Part shown: positions 23,484 to 38,333 of the stretch, one piece after another
Layout of the letters: each line of letters begins with the position of its first letter
Numbering within the stretch: the stretch's first letter is position 1
Assembly: GCA_951406725.2 (NCBI GenBank)
Contig: OX597828.1
Location: forward strand, 62,558,001 to 62,622,000
DNA: 64,000 nucleotides
DNA from: Octopus vulgaris
Lineage: Eukaryota
Direction of reading: 5' to 3'
Position numbers and translations under genes: made by a program
The notes under the pieces: generated by a model
Told to the model about the DNA's origin: nothing
Databases searched by the model: none
What the model saw: the letters and a program-made list of their open reading frames with translations, nothing else

Positions 23484-24985
23484 ACACCTTTACTGGTAAA
23501 ATATCTGCCAACCTCCCTCTCTCTCTCTATCTACCTTACCTGTCTATCTCTTCCTTTTAAAATGTGTTAATAGAGAACTGGCCAGTGAGAGCAGTGGCAG
23601 TGGTGGCCACGTTGCTTGTTTTCATTTAGACTTTTGACCATTGTATGGGAATGAAATCTGAATCCTCACTCTCTCTCTCTCCCTCACTCTCTCTCTCTCT
23701 CTCTCTCTCTTGGTGGTGCTGGGGTTGGGGGGGGTGTCCAGATATTCCTGAAGATAAGATATGTGGAGAGAAAGAGAGACAGAAGCAATTAAATATATAA
23801 ACATTTACAATGAAACTGGACAGGGTGGGTGATGGTGGGGGGGGGTAAAGAATTGTTGGAGACAATGTTGTTTAATGCCCATCTTTTAACCCTTATCCAA
23901 TCCCCCCCCCCACCCTGATCATAAATGTTCCAGTCAAGACCGTTCTGTTGTTACATTATCTTCCATGTCCTTCCAAGTTTTAAGCAGTGGAATATCATTT
24001 GGCTGCTATTTCTACCAATTTGAGTGACCACATAGAAACTCTTGACTGTTTTGGTGTATATTCATTCTCCTGACATTTTCTATGACAGTCATTCTTAACT
24101 AGGGTCCGTATGGTCCCTTGGGGGTGGGATCCATATAAGATGTTGTCATTAAAATTTATCTGCAATAAATTGGTCAAAGCTTTACAATTCACAAAATATT
24201 TTAACCATTGTTTTAATACAATTCCTAATATTTAATTCTAAAAATATAATAGGAGTTTTTGTTTTAAACATCAACTGGCTGGGAGGAAGGGGGGTCCATA
24301 GGCAAATAATTGAGGAGAAACACTGAGTGATGCCATGTAGTGTCGAGTGGTACATCATCATACAGTTTGAAAATGACCAAGCTGGTGCCTAAAATTCTTC
24401 AACTTTTTAAGGATGCACCAACCCTAAATAAGATCTTCCAATTATGGAGACCGCAAAAGGATTCAGCAACAAAAACATGTCACTGCTTTTCATTTAGTTG
24501 TCTTTCTCCCTTATTTTTCTTCATTTCTGACTGTGTGGCTAAGAAGTTTGCTTTCCAACCACTTGGTGTCAGATTCAGCCTCACTGCATGATCTCTTGGG
24601 CAAGGGCCTTCTATAGCCCCCAGCCAGCTAAAGAAAATAGGCTTTGTGTGTGTGTGTAGCATTCTTATACTCATTGCCTATCACCAAGCCTAGTATGTAC
24701 ACTTATTTTGTACCTTGTATGTTAACTCTGTCTCTCTTTTACTCTCTCTCTCTCTCTCTTTCTCTCCACCATGTAAAGCCTGACTGAACAAACCATCCCA
24801 CCAACCAGCCAGCCAGCCAGCATTTATATCAGCTATTATTTATTGACCTTCAAGGCTTTAAGGCTAGAATTTTCTAGAATTCATCAGAGACCAGTTTCAG
24901 ACTTGAATAACTATGAAATATCAGTCACAGGTGAAGGAGTCCTCCACCCAACTAAACACACACACACACTCTCACACACTCTCTC

Positions 24986-25016
<31 letters not shown>

Positions 25017-25499
25017 CCTATCTATCTATCTATCTATCTATCTCTCTCCTATCTATCTATCTATCTATCTATCTCTCTCGTCCCTTACTGAGAATGTGGC
25101 TGTCTACAGTTTCACAATTCAACCAACAGTTTCCATCTCTTGGTGCCTCACTTTCACACTCCAACATATCAGTATTGCATGTGATCCAGTATGGCCCTTC
25201 AACTTCATGAATGCAGGAGAAGGGGATTAAGGGTTTGGCTTCAATCCCTCCTTTTATTTGCCAATTGTTCCCTTTCATACAAAAGGGAGTTTTGATTTGA
25301 ACAGATTCCTTTGTTTACAGTATCTGTTTATTGTGGTGAAGTGACTCAGTTGTTATAGCACTGGATAGGGTGCTTTGTGGTATTTGTTCTGACTCTCTAT
25401 GTTGTGAGATCAAATCCTACCAAAGTCAGTGTTGCATTTCATCCTTTTGGGGATTGATAAGTAATAAAAATACTCATCTTGTGCTGGGGTAAATTCTTC

Positions 25500-25576
<77 letters not shown>

Positions 25577-27157
25577 CACTTCTCTCTCTCCCCTACACAC
25601 ATTGCAGGATGTAGACATTCACTTCAATCACACACACCCACACCATACATGAGAGACTTCCATGGAATTCTTATCAACCAATTCCACTCACAAAGCATTT
25701 GTTGGCCTGTAGCCTTTAGTTGCCCCATGTATTGCACAGTGAGATTGAACATGGAACCACATGGTTTTAAAAACAAACTATAGTCACACCAGTATCTTTT
25801 GTTTTCTTTTTTTACAAATCTCAACGCACTGGTTATCAATCATGTCAATCACACCTGTTGGAAGGGTCAGTAAGTCATTAGTCACTGTCACTATATATCC
25901 TTGGGATATATAGTGGTTGGGTCATTTGGTATCATTTATCTCCTCTAGATGACCATTTCTGCTTCCTCATATTTAAGCGGCAAAACAACTTTGATGTCAC
26001 TTTTATCCGAGCTTTATAGCGAGGGCCAGAAACTGACCACCTCTCAAACATGTTCACGTGACCCACCCATCTGAAAAAGCATCGTTAGTAGGAAGATTTT
26101 GTGGACGTAAAGTTTGAGAGAGTGTGTGTATTTGTATTTTGGGTGGTCACTATGGGAGATTATCAGAGATTAGTGGCATTTGTAAATCTTATAAAGGTTT
26201 TTGGTTGTGTTCTGTCTTTGAATGGATGTTAGGGTTTGTGAGAGGGGGGAGGTAATAGACAAAGGTAGAGTGATGGAAGCACCACCACCACCACTCTGTT
26301 GTTCAGAGATAAAGGCTATGAAATAATAGGTTGAGGGTGGGGGTGAAATGGACAAAATCTGGCAATCCCTTTGTTTTTCTTCCTCTATTTTTCTCCTTCA
26401 TTGTGTAAGATGGAGAAGCAGTACATGGGCTTTTCGGTTTTCTTGTACCAATAAGTTGTCACAACCTCTCTCTCCCCTTCCTGCATGTCTGTCTGTGTGT
26501 CCTTCTGGAAGTTAATACTTTTCTAACTTACAGCCTGTTCTTGGTAATAATAACCTCTACTACCTCTGCTATTATTTCCACCCTGCCCCCTGTCCAACCC
26601 TCAGATCAGTGCGCCCCCTCCCCTCCAATAACTTCCTCCACCTTCACAACAGCCATCTTGGTAATCAGGCACTACCCACCCAATCACCCACCCTCCAATG
26701 TAAATCTCTCCTCCCACCTCACCCCACATCCTATGTATACCACCCAAATAATAAATACTTTGTTAAAATCTTCTCTCTCTCTCTCTCCTTCACACCCTGC
26801 CTACCCTGCTTCAACTCACCCCCCCCCCCCCCGCTGTACTTTCTACTGGTCTGTCCATTATGTTCACTCCCTAACTCCCTTCTCCCCAACCTAGCTTCCA
26901 GTAATACATGAATCACCACAACTCTTAACACACACACACACACACACCACCACCACCACCACCTTAATGGAGAGTTGTGGCAGTCATTGTTACCATTATT
27001 AGGGAGGGGGGGCACTTACCTGTCATGTACCAATTAACACCCACCACCAACCCCCCACACCACTGCATGTCTAAACAAGATTACACACACCTGTATGGTT
27101 TCTCTCACTTTCAACAACACACACACTCTCTCTCTCTCCATCTACCTCTCTCTCTCT

Positions 27158-27231
<74 letters not shown>

Positions 27232-27248
27232 TTATATATATATATGTA

Positions 27249-27296
<48 letters not shown>

Positions 27297-28386
27297 ATAA
27301 AATATCACTTTCACTCTCACTCTCTTTCTGCAACACTTTTTCTTCTTTATCTTTCTCTCCCCCTTTCATTGTCATAACATGGTGTGTGAGTGTGTGTATA
27401 CACACACACACATACATATAAATGCGTGCGCACACACACACACATTACTTCCTATCTCTCCCACTCTCATTATTTCTCAGTTTCCTTCCCCCCCCCATCT
27501 CCCCTACCTTAAAGAAATTGATCCTCTGCATGTCCTGACATGTGTGTTGTGGAAATATGGAGCAAGTAGGAAGGTGGCTGGCTTAAGGGGCGTGGGGAGG
27601 GGGAATGCAAGCCCCTGTCATGAGACTAGCTTTTAAGGGGACCCAGCCAGTTGCTCCTTATTCTTATTCTTTGTGTTGGATAACACAACTCTTGTGTAAC
27701 TTTTTGCTTCCTCAACGACCTGGTCTTGAGTTCAGTCCCATTGCGTGGCACCTTCACCGAGGGTCTTCTACTATGGCTCCAGGATGAGTAAAGCCCATCG
27801 TGTGTGTGTGTCCCACCATCACTTGACCACTAGTGTTGTTGTGTTTACATCTCCAGCATGGCCACAGTCTAATGGCTGAAAATGAGACAACAAAAGCTAA
27901 TTCAGAAAGCAAACAACAAAAAAGAACCTGAATTTTGCAACAATAACAACAACACAGACATACCCCTCTCCCTCTCCCTCTGTTAATCCAGGTTGTATTA
28001 ATTAAAAAGTTTGTGTAATTATTTTTCATGTCCTACATGTAAGCCACAGTGAAGTGACAAGTAACACATTGCACGCAAAAGGAGGACAGGCTGCAGTTGC
28101 CAATTGCAAGAAGGCACAGGTTACAGTTGATGAGCCACCAATGTTGTTGTTGTTGTTTTACCTGCTGATCCACTGGAATATTTTTTTCTCATTAACAACA
28201 CTGTTTTAACTCTGATATTGCATACAGCCAGTCACTGGACCAACCGGCTGCTGTTGGACATCATATTTTGGTTGACCAACGGCTATCAAAGGTCAAGGTG
28301 AAACTATAACTGTAAGGGTTGACTGCACACACACACACACACGTGTGTGTCTTTGTATGTGCATGTGTATAACAGGCTCCCTTATT

Positions 28387-28601
28387 CTTTTCTACTCTAG
28401 GCACAAGGTCTGGAATTTTGGTGGGAGGGGGCCAGACGATTTAATCAACCCCTGTACGCAACTGGTACTTATTTTGTTGAACTGAAAAGGGACGAAAGGT
28501 AAAGTTGGCCTCAACGGAATTTGAACTCAGAACATAAAGACAGACGAAATTCTGCTAAACATTTCGCCTGATGTGCTAAAGTTTCTGCCAGCTCGCCACC
28601 T
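28387..28601 (-). mobile_element. tRNA-derived SINE, family A, with ~17-bp TSD
   Basis: Full head-to-tail reverse copy; TSD TAACAGGCTCCCTTATT (28370-28386) / TAACCGGCTCTCTTATT (28602-28618). Confidence 0.85.
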
Positions 28602-29779
28602 TAACCGGCTCTCTTATTGCTTTGCCAAATGAGGGTGGTTCAGCAAAACACTGCTGATCTGGTGTTTTTCTCCAATTTTCACTGCCTAAGATTCTTCTGA
28701 ACAAGCCAGCCTGGAGTAAAGCTCTAAGTCAAGTACCAATTATTGATATAATAAACACATACATATCGTCATCATTGTCATCATACATCTGCTTTCTATG
28801 CTGGCATGGGTTGGATGGTTTGACAATGTCCAGTGAACCACAGGGCTATGTTGAGCTTCAGTGTCTGTTTTGGGATGGTTTCTAAAGCTGGATGCCATTC
28901 CTATGCCAGCTACTTTACAGAGTGGACTGGATATTTTCTCCATGCCACCAGCTCAAATGAAGTCACTGAAAACTTACAAAAAAAGGGAGAAGAACCAGGA
29001 AAAGCAAAAAAAAAACCCCTTGTATAGATGGGTGGCTGGGTGGAAGTGTTTGCGAGGAGGAGGCTAAAGTATGAGGACAAGCACAGGTGTCTTGCTATAG
29101 AAAAGATACATGACCACCACCCTGCATTAAATAGGAGTGGACAGGATTAGTTTGGAAGATGATGATGATGGGATGCCAGAACACATCCTCAAGGAGTAAG
29201 GAGGTAAGTAAAAAAGGAGGATGAGAGAGAGGAGAGTAGTAGGTGATTAGAGATAGGTTTTAAGTGGCTGCAGTAATTAATGATCAGAGGTGGTGCTCTG
29301 GAAATATGAGTATGGAGGGGCGGGATGGAGACAGAAGCAGCTGAGGGATGACAGGAGCTGCACATGGAAGGTGGGAAGCCATAGTTTAACCTCTCTTAGG
29401 ATAATACGATTAATAATAGACAAGTTTGATGATACTCTTTGGAGATTCTTGATGAGGCACAGGCAACCATTTTTGAGAAGCAGACTGCATGAGACTCATC
29501 AACAGGTGAGTTACGTTACGGAAAAAGAACTCAAGGTAATTATTCATTGGCAACCATTCTGAAAGTTCCGTGGGTCACAGTTTGCCAATGGCTGGTTCTA
29601 GGTGGTGATGATCATCAATGGAACAGTTCAGCCTATTTTAGAAGACTGACAACAATTACTGACAATTTCTAAAATTCCCTGACCTGGAAAAGCTACCAAG
29701 AGGTATTGCCAGTTCAAGGTAATCTCTACAAGTACAATAGCCGCTGTTAGCCAGGTATATTTGAGATGTCTGAAGAGTG

Positions 29780-30130
29780 ACAAATCTGTTTATTGTGTAT
29801 TCATTTAATCTGTGAGTGTTGTTGATTTGTGGGGTTATCTCAGACAGCTGTTTTGTGTGTTGGACAGATCCAGCTTTCAACCAAGGCCATTGTGAGGACC
29901 ACTCCAACAATTTGCTTTGCAAGGCTGGGCAGCTTTGCTCTGTCTACTAAAATGGAGAACATGGTGACTAAGGCTGAAAGGAACAAAGGCAAACACTTTC
30001 CCAGTTTGACTAAACCTTCATCAACTTGTTTAAGTTTTACATAATGAAGGTGAAGATACAGAGGTGGAACACCTTTGTGAATTTGCTGAAAGCAGGGGCA
30101 ACAATGATGAGAGTATTCCACTTGAATCAG
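29780..30130 (+). mobile_element. Probable L1/Tx1-clade ORF2 C-terminal remnant
   Basis: Frameshifted pieces LWGYLRQL, VGQIQLSTKAIV, W*LRLKG..NTF, INLFKFYI.KVKIQR resemble Tx1-type ORF2 C-termini; heavily decayed. Confidence 0.4.
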
Positions 30131-30546
30131 TCTACAAACAGCATGTCCCTTTGGGCCAAAAAACACCTGGGTCTATAAAAGTCTTTTATTGGTTCTTGTT
30201 TTCAGCCCACCTTCTGAAATGTCTCACTTCTATAGTTTTTGCTTCCTATTCTGGTTTCTATTTTTTATTTTCATCATCAATTCTGTAAAAACCCTCCCCG
30301 TTTCTCTAATTTATGCAAGCAACCTCCATTGCATCTATCGACCTTGTGACACAAGTGTTACCACATCAAGCAAAATATTTGGCAGCATTTCGTCCATCTT
30401 TATGTTCTGAGTTCAAATTCTGCCAACACTGATTTTGCCTTTCATCCTTTTAGAGTCAATAAGATAAATACCAGTTGTGCACTGGGGTTGATGTAATCGA
30501 CTTCCTCCCTCTTCAGAAACTGCTGGCTTTGTGCCTAAATTTGAAG

Positions 30547-30602
<56 letters not shown>

Positions 30603-30620
30603 GTTATTGTTATTATTATT

Positions 30621-31090
30621 GAGTGAGAGATGGCAGTGCATGCCATCAAAGTGATACTGGGGTACAAATATACGAAGCCCAGTATACCCATCATGACTAC
30701 CCATCTACACCAGGCACATGCATCACAACCATATGTGTGTGACATGGTGATCTCATATCAAGATAAACAGCACATGACCTTGCAGGTGGGGCCCAGTTAG
30801 AATTTTCATCTGGTCAAGTAGCACATCCCGCTCAAAAGGTCCCTGAATAAGGATTGTTTAAGGATGTTGAATGAACCACCAATGTTTCCAAAAGTTAATT
30901 ATCCAAACCTCTAAGAATTCTTCTCAACACATGGCTACGATGCTCCCCCACTACTTCTGCTTGTGATCAGAGATGCACATATCGTCAGCCACTAAGGGAC
31001 ATGCTCAACTGATTACGGTCAAACAACTGACAAGCAAATCTGTGGTACTGAGCACAATATTTGCTGTAGCCCATCTTTTATACCAAGACA
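30621..31090. mobile_element. ~470-bp non-coding element inserted within an (ATT)n array
   Basis: Complex sequence bounded on both sides by (ATT)n (30549-30620 and 31090-31142). The left array is the tail of a family A SINE at ~30370-30548. Confidence 0.5.
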
Positions 31091-31615
31091 TTATTATTAT
31101 TATTATTATCATTATTATTATTATCATCATTATCATTATTATAAGGCTGTGAGCTGGTGCAGTGATTAGAGCATCAGAAGAACGGCTTTATGATATTTGT
31201 TCTGGTGCTTCACATTCTGAGTTCTGCGGCAGCAGCAATGACACCAGATCACTGACAGGGGAGTATCTTACCTGTAAATGCCAAGGTTAAGTAGACCCCT
31301 GTAGTATTATAATGAAAGGATGTTGGGTTAGGGGAAACAATATGTTTTGATCTTTTGTGACTCTTCTCTCTCTTAACAGCTGGCGGCAGATCTTATGATA
31401 ACGAACCAATGGATGATGATGATGATCTCAAATAGAATTGTCTTGGAAGGATCTTCTGTTTCATTTGTCGTTGTTTTTTGTTGTTATTGTTTGTTGTTGT
31501 TCACAATGTGATACACACACACACACATATGCACAGGTTACACAATGTTGAACACAAATATATAGATACATATGTATATGTTTAAAATTATGCATATGTG
31601 GATCTGTGCATGACC

Positions 31616-31686
<71 letters not shown>

Positions 31687-32446
31687 ATAATATAATGTGC
31701 AAGTGTGTGTGATACATGTGCAAATATATTATTACACAATGTGTGTTATTATATATAAATAACATGGTATTTATATATACATGTGTAAATATAGATATAT
31801 GTGCATGTATATATATACTTGTATATATATTTGTATGTGTATATATATATATATATGTGTGTGTGTGTATGTGTGTGTGTGTGTATACACATATGCACAC
31901 TTGCATATATATATACATCATACATGCACAGACACACTTATTTCTTACATGGGGTGGTGTGTGTGTGTATATATATATATATATATGTTAATCACCAGCA
32001 GATTTAAAAGAAAAATTGTCTTGCAGGCTCTTCGAATGGGGAGACAACTCTAGCAGCCCAACATAGAAATTTGGTCTCTGCACTGAATAAACGACTTTGT
32101 CATGATTCAGGGGGAGGTAGGCGTGACATTTAAACCTTTTGATTGTTGTTGTTGTTGTTGTTGGCACCATCTGCTGTTTCTGTTTGTTTCTTTCTATCTG
32201 GTAGTAGCTTGTGTTGCTGTTCTGCTTGTTGATGTCAGTTCGTAATTGTATTGGCTTAATGGCTTAAGGTCACTGCTCTGCCTCCCCCCAGCTTCTTCTT
32301 GTAGTAATCTTTGGTTTAGTAACTGCTTGGCAAACACAAACATATATGTATGTACATAGAGTAGTGCTAGTAAATGTATGATTTTATATATATACACACA
32401 CACACACACATATATGTGTATATATTTGTGTGTGTGTGTGTGTGTA

Positions 32447-32590
32447 CATTCTTTCTTTGTGGAATCATCATGCTACCATTGGTAGCCTTATCCAAAATGG
32501 AAACAGTTTACCAATATTTTTAAATGGGAAGTCGATGATTGCAGGGTTTCATATGAAACCAATGGTAGCATGGTAACTCCACAAACAATG
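32447..32590. mobile_element. MITE with ~30-bp TIRs
   Basis: TTTGTGGAATCATCATGCTACCATTGGT ... ACCAATGGTAGCATGGTAACTCCACAAA inverted pair. Confidence 0.7.
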
Positions 32591-33187
32591 AATATACACG
32601 TGTGCATATGCATATATGCATGTATATGTGTGTGTTTATATGCATGCATATATGCCTGTATGTGTATGATTATATATATATGTATGTGTGTGTATCAAAC
32701 AGCATAACAGATTAGTTAGTATGCTTCCATTACGGCACAGTTTTGCCAGCGCAGATTATTCAAACGGTATCCATTTGACTACATATTTATACCAATATTT
32801 AAAAAAATACATTTACTTTACAACAATACTGTTTTTTAGTTTTTGTCATATCAATAAAACGTGGCAACAAGATTTATATATACATGTATGCATGTGTCTA
32901 TGTACACACACACATATGTATATGAATTTTTTTTTTTACCAAAATACTGAAGAAATGGACTGCTAGCTCATTGAAACACGTGGATGTGTGTGTGTGTGCT
33001 TAAATATATAAATATATACCTGTATGGAAGTATATATGTGTGTATGTACTTATATATACACACACACACACACACACCCATTGAAATACTTGTATACACC
33101 AATAAATATCTCTCCATACCAACACACACTTTTTTTTAACATTGTTTGTTGCTTTAACCTGCTAAAAGTACAGTGGTGGTAGTGGTT

Positions 33188-33224
<37 letters not shown>

Positions 33225-33929
33225 AAGAAGAAGAAGTAGTTTTTTTTTCTTATTTTATTTTGAAGTTTTAACTTTTTAGAAATATTTGACATATTTTCAT
33301 TCTTGACATTCTTGAAAATGTAATGTGTGTGTTTGTATGTATGTGTGTATGTGTGGATCTTTCTACGTATTTGTGTGTGTGTGTGTGTGTGTGTGTGCTT
33401 GTCTTTCTGAATGTGTATGTGTTATATGTGTGTGTACAGACACTTTTCAAACAGCTGAACAACTCCACCACCACCCTACAAAAATGCTTCTATGGTGTCA
33501 CTTGAAATGCTAGAAATGGCAACTGAATCCCCTTTAAACCAAAATAGAATAAAAAGGAGGGACGTATTAAATGATGTAGTCCAAGATACTCTATGCCTGA
33601 AAATAAACAACAGCAATAACAACAAGCACCATCATCATGAATGAAACCATAACCTTAATTCGCCATTCTGCCCTTCATTGCTATGCAAATTTTTTTATCA
33701 TTTTGTTATTGATAGATATTGAAAGTTTGATTATTTATTGAGTTATTGAGGTCCCATTTGAGGATATTGGAAACCTTCTTTGGTGACCATTGGTGAACTG
33801 GTTGGAGGTCATCACCTCCTTCCTACTTCTTCCACCACTACCACCATCACCACCATCTTCACTTACTGCCATCATAAACATCATTGCCACTCCTTTAATA
33901 AGACAAGTTTGTATTGGTCCTTTAATGCC

Positions 33930-34070
33930 TCTCTATCTATCCAGCTATCCATCTCTCAGTCTATCTGTCTATCTATTTATCTATCTGTCTGTCTTTTCTT
34001 TTTTTCTGTCCATTTATCTATCCATCTATATATTTATCTACCTCTGTCTATCTATCTCTTCTATCCATCC

Positions 34071-34136
<66 letters not shown>

Positions 34137-34439
34137 TTATCTATCTATTTATCTATCCATCTACCTACCTATCTATCAGTCTATCTATCTATCTACCTAT
34201 CTATCTATCTATCTACCTATCTATCAGTCTATCTATCTATCTCTTCTATCCATCCATCTATCTATCTATCTATCTACCTATCTATCAGTCTATCTATCTA
34301 TCTCTTCTATCCATCCATCTATCTATCTATCTATTTATCTACCTCTTAATCATCTGTCTATCTATCTATCTACCTACCTAAGTACCTATCTATCTGTCTA
34401 TCTATCTATCAGTCTCTCTCTCTCTCTCTCTCTCTCCAC

Positions 34440-34493
<54 letters not shown>
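33930..34493. repeat. (ATCT)n compound microsatellite
   Basis: Long ATCT/ACCT array; explains the 189- and 244-aa ORFs. Confidence 0.95.
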
Positions 34494-34494
<1 letters not shown>

Positions 34495-35184
34495 ACAAGA
34501 TATAGAGACAAGAAACCAGTGTAGATGGTGAATAGTCCATCTGCACTACTCTTTCTTCTTTCTATCTCTTTCATTCTATTTATCTATCCTTCCTTTTGTT
34601 TCTTCAATCTGTCTATCTTTACCTTTCATTCTATCTACTGTGTGTGTGTGTGTGTGCATGTGTGCGCACGCATATGCCTGTGCATGTGTGTGTCCTACTC
34701 AAAACCCCAAACAGGCAAATTTCTTGATATCAACTTCAGTAGGAGAGTTGCTTGTAGGGGTCTATTTGTTCCTTAAAGATGAGTCGGACAAACCAGTGCC
34801 AAGGCTGTACTGCATGAAGTCTCCCTTATAAAAAAATGGAAAAAAGCAGATGCAGTGGAGCATGGCATAGAACCACCGACAGTAACCAGTTCTTAAGCTG
34901 TTCTGCTGGACAATGGCGTTCCAGCATCCTTTACTAGGCACTAGCCAGGAAATAACCCCCCACCAAATGAAGGTTAACGCATCATGCGTCGGTTTTTGCT
35001 CTGTGAAGCTGCTCTGCTTTGAGGGTAGAACTACTGCTGCCCTCTACCAAGCAATCTGTAGAGAAGGACTGAGTATCCAGCTGAGACTCTCAGAGCCTTC
35101 CTTTGAAGAAATACCAAACTGGGAAGCAGCATCCATTCAGCTGCAGTGTGCATTGACCAACTGGTCTATTGGCTGTCTTGTTAT

Positions 35185-35395
35185 CTTTTACTTGCTTTCA
35201 GTCATTCGACTGTGGCCATGCTGGGGCACCACCTTGAAGAGCTTCGAGTCAAACAAATCAACTCCAGTGCTTTCTTTTTTATAAAGCCTGGTACTTATCC
35301 TGTCGCTCTCTTTTGCCAAACTGCTAAGTTATGGGGGCATCCACAAATGAACACTGGTTGTCAAGCAATGGCAGTGGACAAATACACACATGATG

Positions 35396-35433
<38 letters not shown>

Positions 35434-35575
35434 CATCTATACATATGATAGGCTTCTTTCAGTTTTCATCTGGCTGTAGCAGAATACACTTGCCCAAGGT
35501 GCCATGCAGTGGGGCTGAAACTGGACCCATGTGGTTGGAAAGCAGACTTCTTACCACACAGCCATGCTTATGCCT
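35185..35575 (-). mobile_element. tRNA-derived SINE, family B (full length, internal (CA)n)
   Basis: Reverse tail CTTTTACTTGCTTTCAGTCATTCGACTGTGGCCATGCTGGGGCAC through to head CTTCTTACCACACAGCCATGC. Confidence 0.8.
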
Positions 35576-35679
35576 GTAGACATGTAGCTTACAAGTTTAT
35601 CTAAGGTACCACATGGCAGGCCATAAATGTAGCAGATCTTACATCAGTGTGTGTGGGTGGATGTTTTATGTTATGAAGT

Positions 35680-35850
35680 GATGGCCTGTGGTTTTGTGGT
35701 TGGGGTGTTGCACTCACAGTCTCACAATTGTGGTTTCAATTCCACAACTGGGCAGTGCATTGTGTTCTTGATCAAAACACTTCATTCCATGTTGCCTCTG
35801 AACAGCTGGGAAAATAACCCTGCAAAGTACCAGCATCCCATTCAGGAGGA
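35680..35850 (+). mobile_element. Old tRNA-derived SINE (family D)
   Basis: tRNA-like head (GGTTTCAATTCC B-box), GTGTTCTTGATCAAAACACTT and AACCCTGC..ACCAGCATCCCATTCAGG central motifs typical of conserved-domain SINEs. Confidence 0.45.
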
Positions 35851-36491
35851 CATTGGGTTGGAATCTCAATCCCTTAAATGCAAACGGAACCGAATTAAAC
35901 TCCAGCTTTAAGAGTCATGGAGCTCATAACAGATCAGAGACCTAAGTCTAAGGTTAGAAGACATCAGGTGGGGAGATATGTAGCCAGGTGACCATAATTA
36001 CCATCAAAGCTAGAGAATGGAATGTAGGATACATGACAATGAAAGGGGTTATTCTTGTGAATGAATTGAAGCACCCCATCAACAGCAGACAAGAGCTGGA
36101 TAATGGAAATTGTGCTAAAACAAGCACAACTTCCCCATCCTCACAATATCTGTGTGGCGCTGAGATAATCTCAGTTTCCATTTTCTTTTAATAGACAGAT
36201 TTTTTGACCAAAATATTGTGACCCAGAAAAAGTATAAAAAATTCTGTATCTTGGACTATAGTGGCTTTCTAAAACACACACACACACATATCATAATTTT
36301 AAGGAGCAGATTTTCTGTGGCCAGTTTCGTTACAGCTGTCACCAATCTTCACCTATTGCCAATCAAGGTATTATTTTCACCCAGGTGAGACATGTTCTGA
36401 GAAAAGATTGCAATCAGACCATTGTGAAAAATGGTAAAGCTTCTTTACATTTGTTTGCACAAAGTGTCAAGACAAGGAGATACATACATGC

Positions 36492-36525
<34 letters not shown>

Positions 36526-38282
36526 CTGTGTAGGGTGGGCTTCTTTTCAGTTTCCATCTACCAAATTCACTCTCAAGGCTTTGTTTGGGCTATGGCTACA
36601 GTAGAAGGCATTTTACCCAATGTGTGCCATGCAGTGAGACTGAACCTGGAACCCATGGTTGCAAAACAAACTTCTTAACCACACATCCATGCTTTCACCA
36701 TTTTTTTTCTTATTACAGCAATCAACTGGCAGAATTGTTATCACACCAGGCAAAATGCTTGGTGGCATTTCGTCTGTCTTCATGTTCTGAGTTCAAATTC
36801 TGCTGAGGTTGTCTTTGGCTTTCGTCCTTTTGGGGTCGACAAAATAAGTACCAGCTAAATACTGAGGTTTGATGGTTTGGGGTTTGATGGAATTGACATA
36901 CTCGCTTCCTTGAAGTTGCTGGTTTTGTGCCAAGACTTGCAGCTTATATATTCTTCCATTTCCAATCCATTCATCTACCATCGTCCCTTTTTTTCCATCC
37001 CTTTTCCCCCGTAATTATCTTTCCTCTTCCTTTCCCATTCCCTAGCTTCCTGTGCTTCCTCCAAAATTTGTCCAACTTCTTGGTTCTTCTGAGTTGCAGA
37101 ATCAGTGGATCACCAAACAGTTGGCCTCTTTGCAGCATTTAGTTTGGTGTCTTTTCGTTCTAAGTTCAAATCCCATCAAAAGTTGACATCACCTTTCATC
37201 ATTTTGACTGACTCAGTATAAGATACCAGTCATTTACTGGGCTCAGTGCACCCCCTGTGTTCTTCCCACTGAAATCTGTGATGTTTTTCTGTTTGTTTAA
37301 GTATCTCAAAGTTTGATAAAAGAAAACCTTTAAGATCATTTTTGCTCCCTATTCTGCCCAAGATTGTATAAGGCACAATCCCCATGCACCCATTGTTCCA
37401 CCCCTCTCACCCTGACATAACAAGGAGAAAGGCTGGGAAAGGCATCCTCTCCACCACTCTGTCCTCAAGCTCAAATGTTTTTTACAATTTGTCAGCTTCT
37501 CTCTCTCTCCCCTTCTCTCCTTCTTTCTCTCTCTCTCTCTCCTTCTTTCTCTCAATTTTCTCTCTCTCTCTCTCTCTCCTTGCTTTGGTTCCTTCAGAAA
37601 TTGTCCTAACTTCCTGATTCTAAAAATATCCCCCCCTTCCAGGTTCTGAGCTGCTGATGGTGCTGCAGCCATTGATAGTAATGCTGCTCTGGCTTCTGTT
37701 GCTGGTGATGATGATGATGCTAAAGATGATGACTGTGGTTGTCGTTGCTGCTGCTGCTGCTGATGGTGGTAGTGTTACTGATAAATAATATTCCTGCTAG
37801 TGTTGTTGTTGTTGATGATAATATTACTGTTGGTGGTGTAGGGAACAGTATGGTGGTGGTGATGTGGAGGTAAATCTGATACCCCAGAATCGGGTGGTGG
37901 CAGAGGATGGGAAAATGGAAACGGGTGTGGTGGGGGAGGGGGGCAGAGAAATTCCTTATACTTAATTGGAAAATATATTTTTTTTAAAAATCTTTTTGGT
38001 AATCTGAAAATAAAGTCCCACCACCATCCCTGCCACCATCATGACACTTGTGGGGATTTTTTTTTACACTCATTCCTCCTCCTCTTCCTCCCCTCTTCCT
38101 CTTTGTATATCTTTCTCTCAAACCCTATGCTTCGACCTAATTCCTTCCATGTGGTGGTGGTGGTGATGGTGATAGTGATGATGGTGATAGTTGTGCTTCT
38201 GGTCATCACAGTAGTGGTGATAGTGAAGATAGTGGTAGTAATGGTTATGGGCATAGTATTAGTTGTGGTAGTGATTACAGCA

Positions 38283-38333
<51 letters not shown>

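Noticed and set aside
24086-24325. Possible Charlie-like hAT MITE (CAGT...ACTG ends)
   Set aside because: TIRs are very degenerate and no 8-bp TSD is recoverable.
33780-34524. 189- and 244-aa ORFs (YLSI repeats)
   Set aside because: (ATCT)n microsatellite artefact.
34860-35130. 123-aa ORF (34913-35284) with a possible Tx1-like GRTTAALYQAI fragment; similar hint at ~13020-13330
   Set aside because: Similarity too weak to call by eye, and the ORF runs into a SINE.
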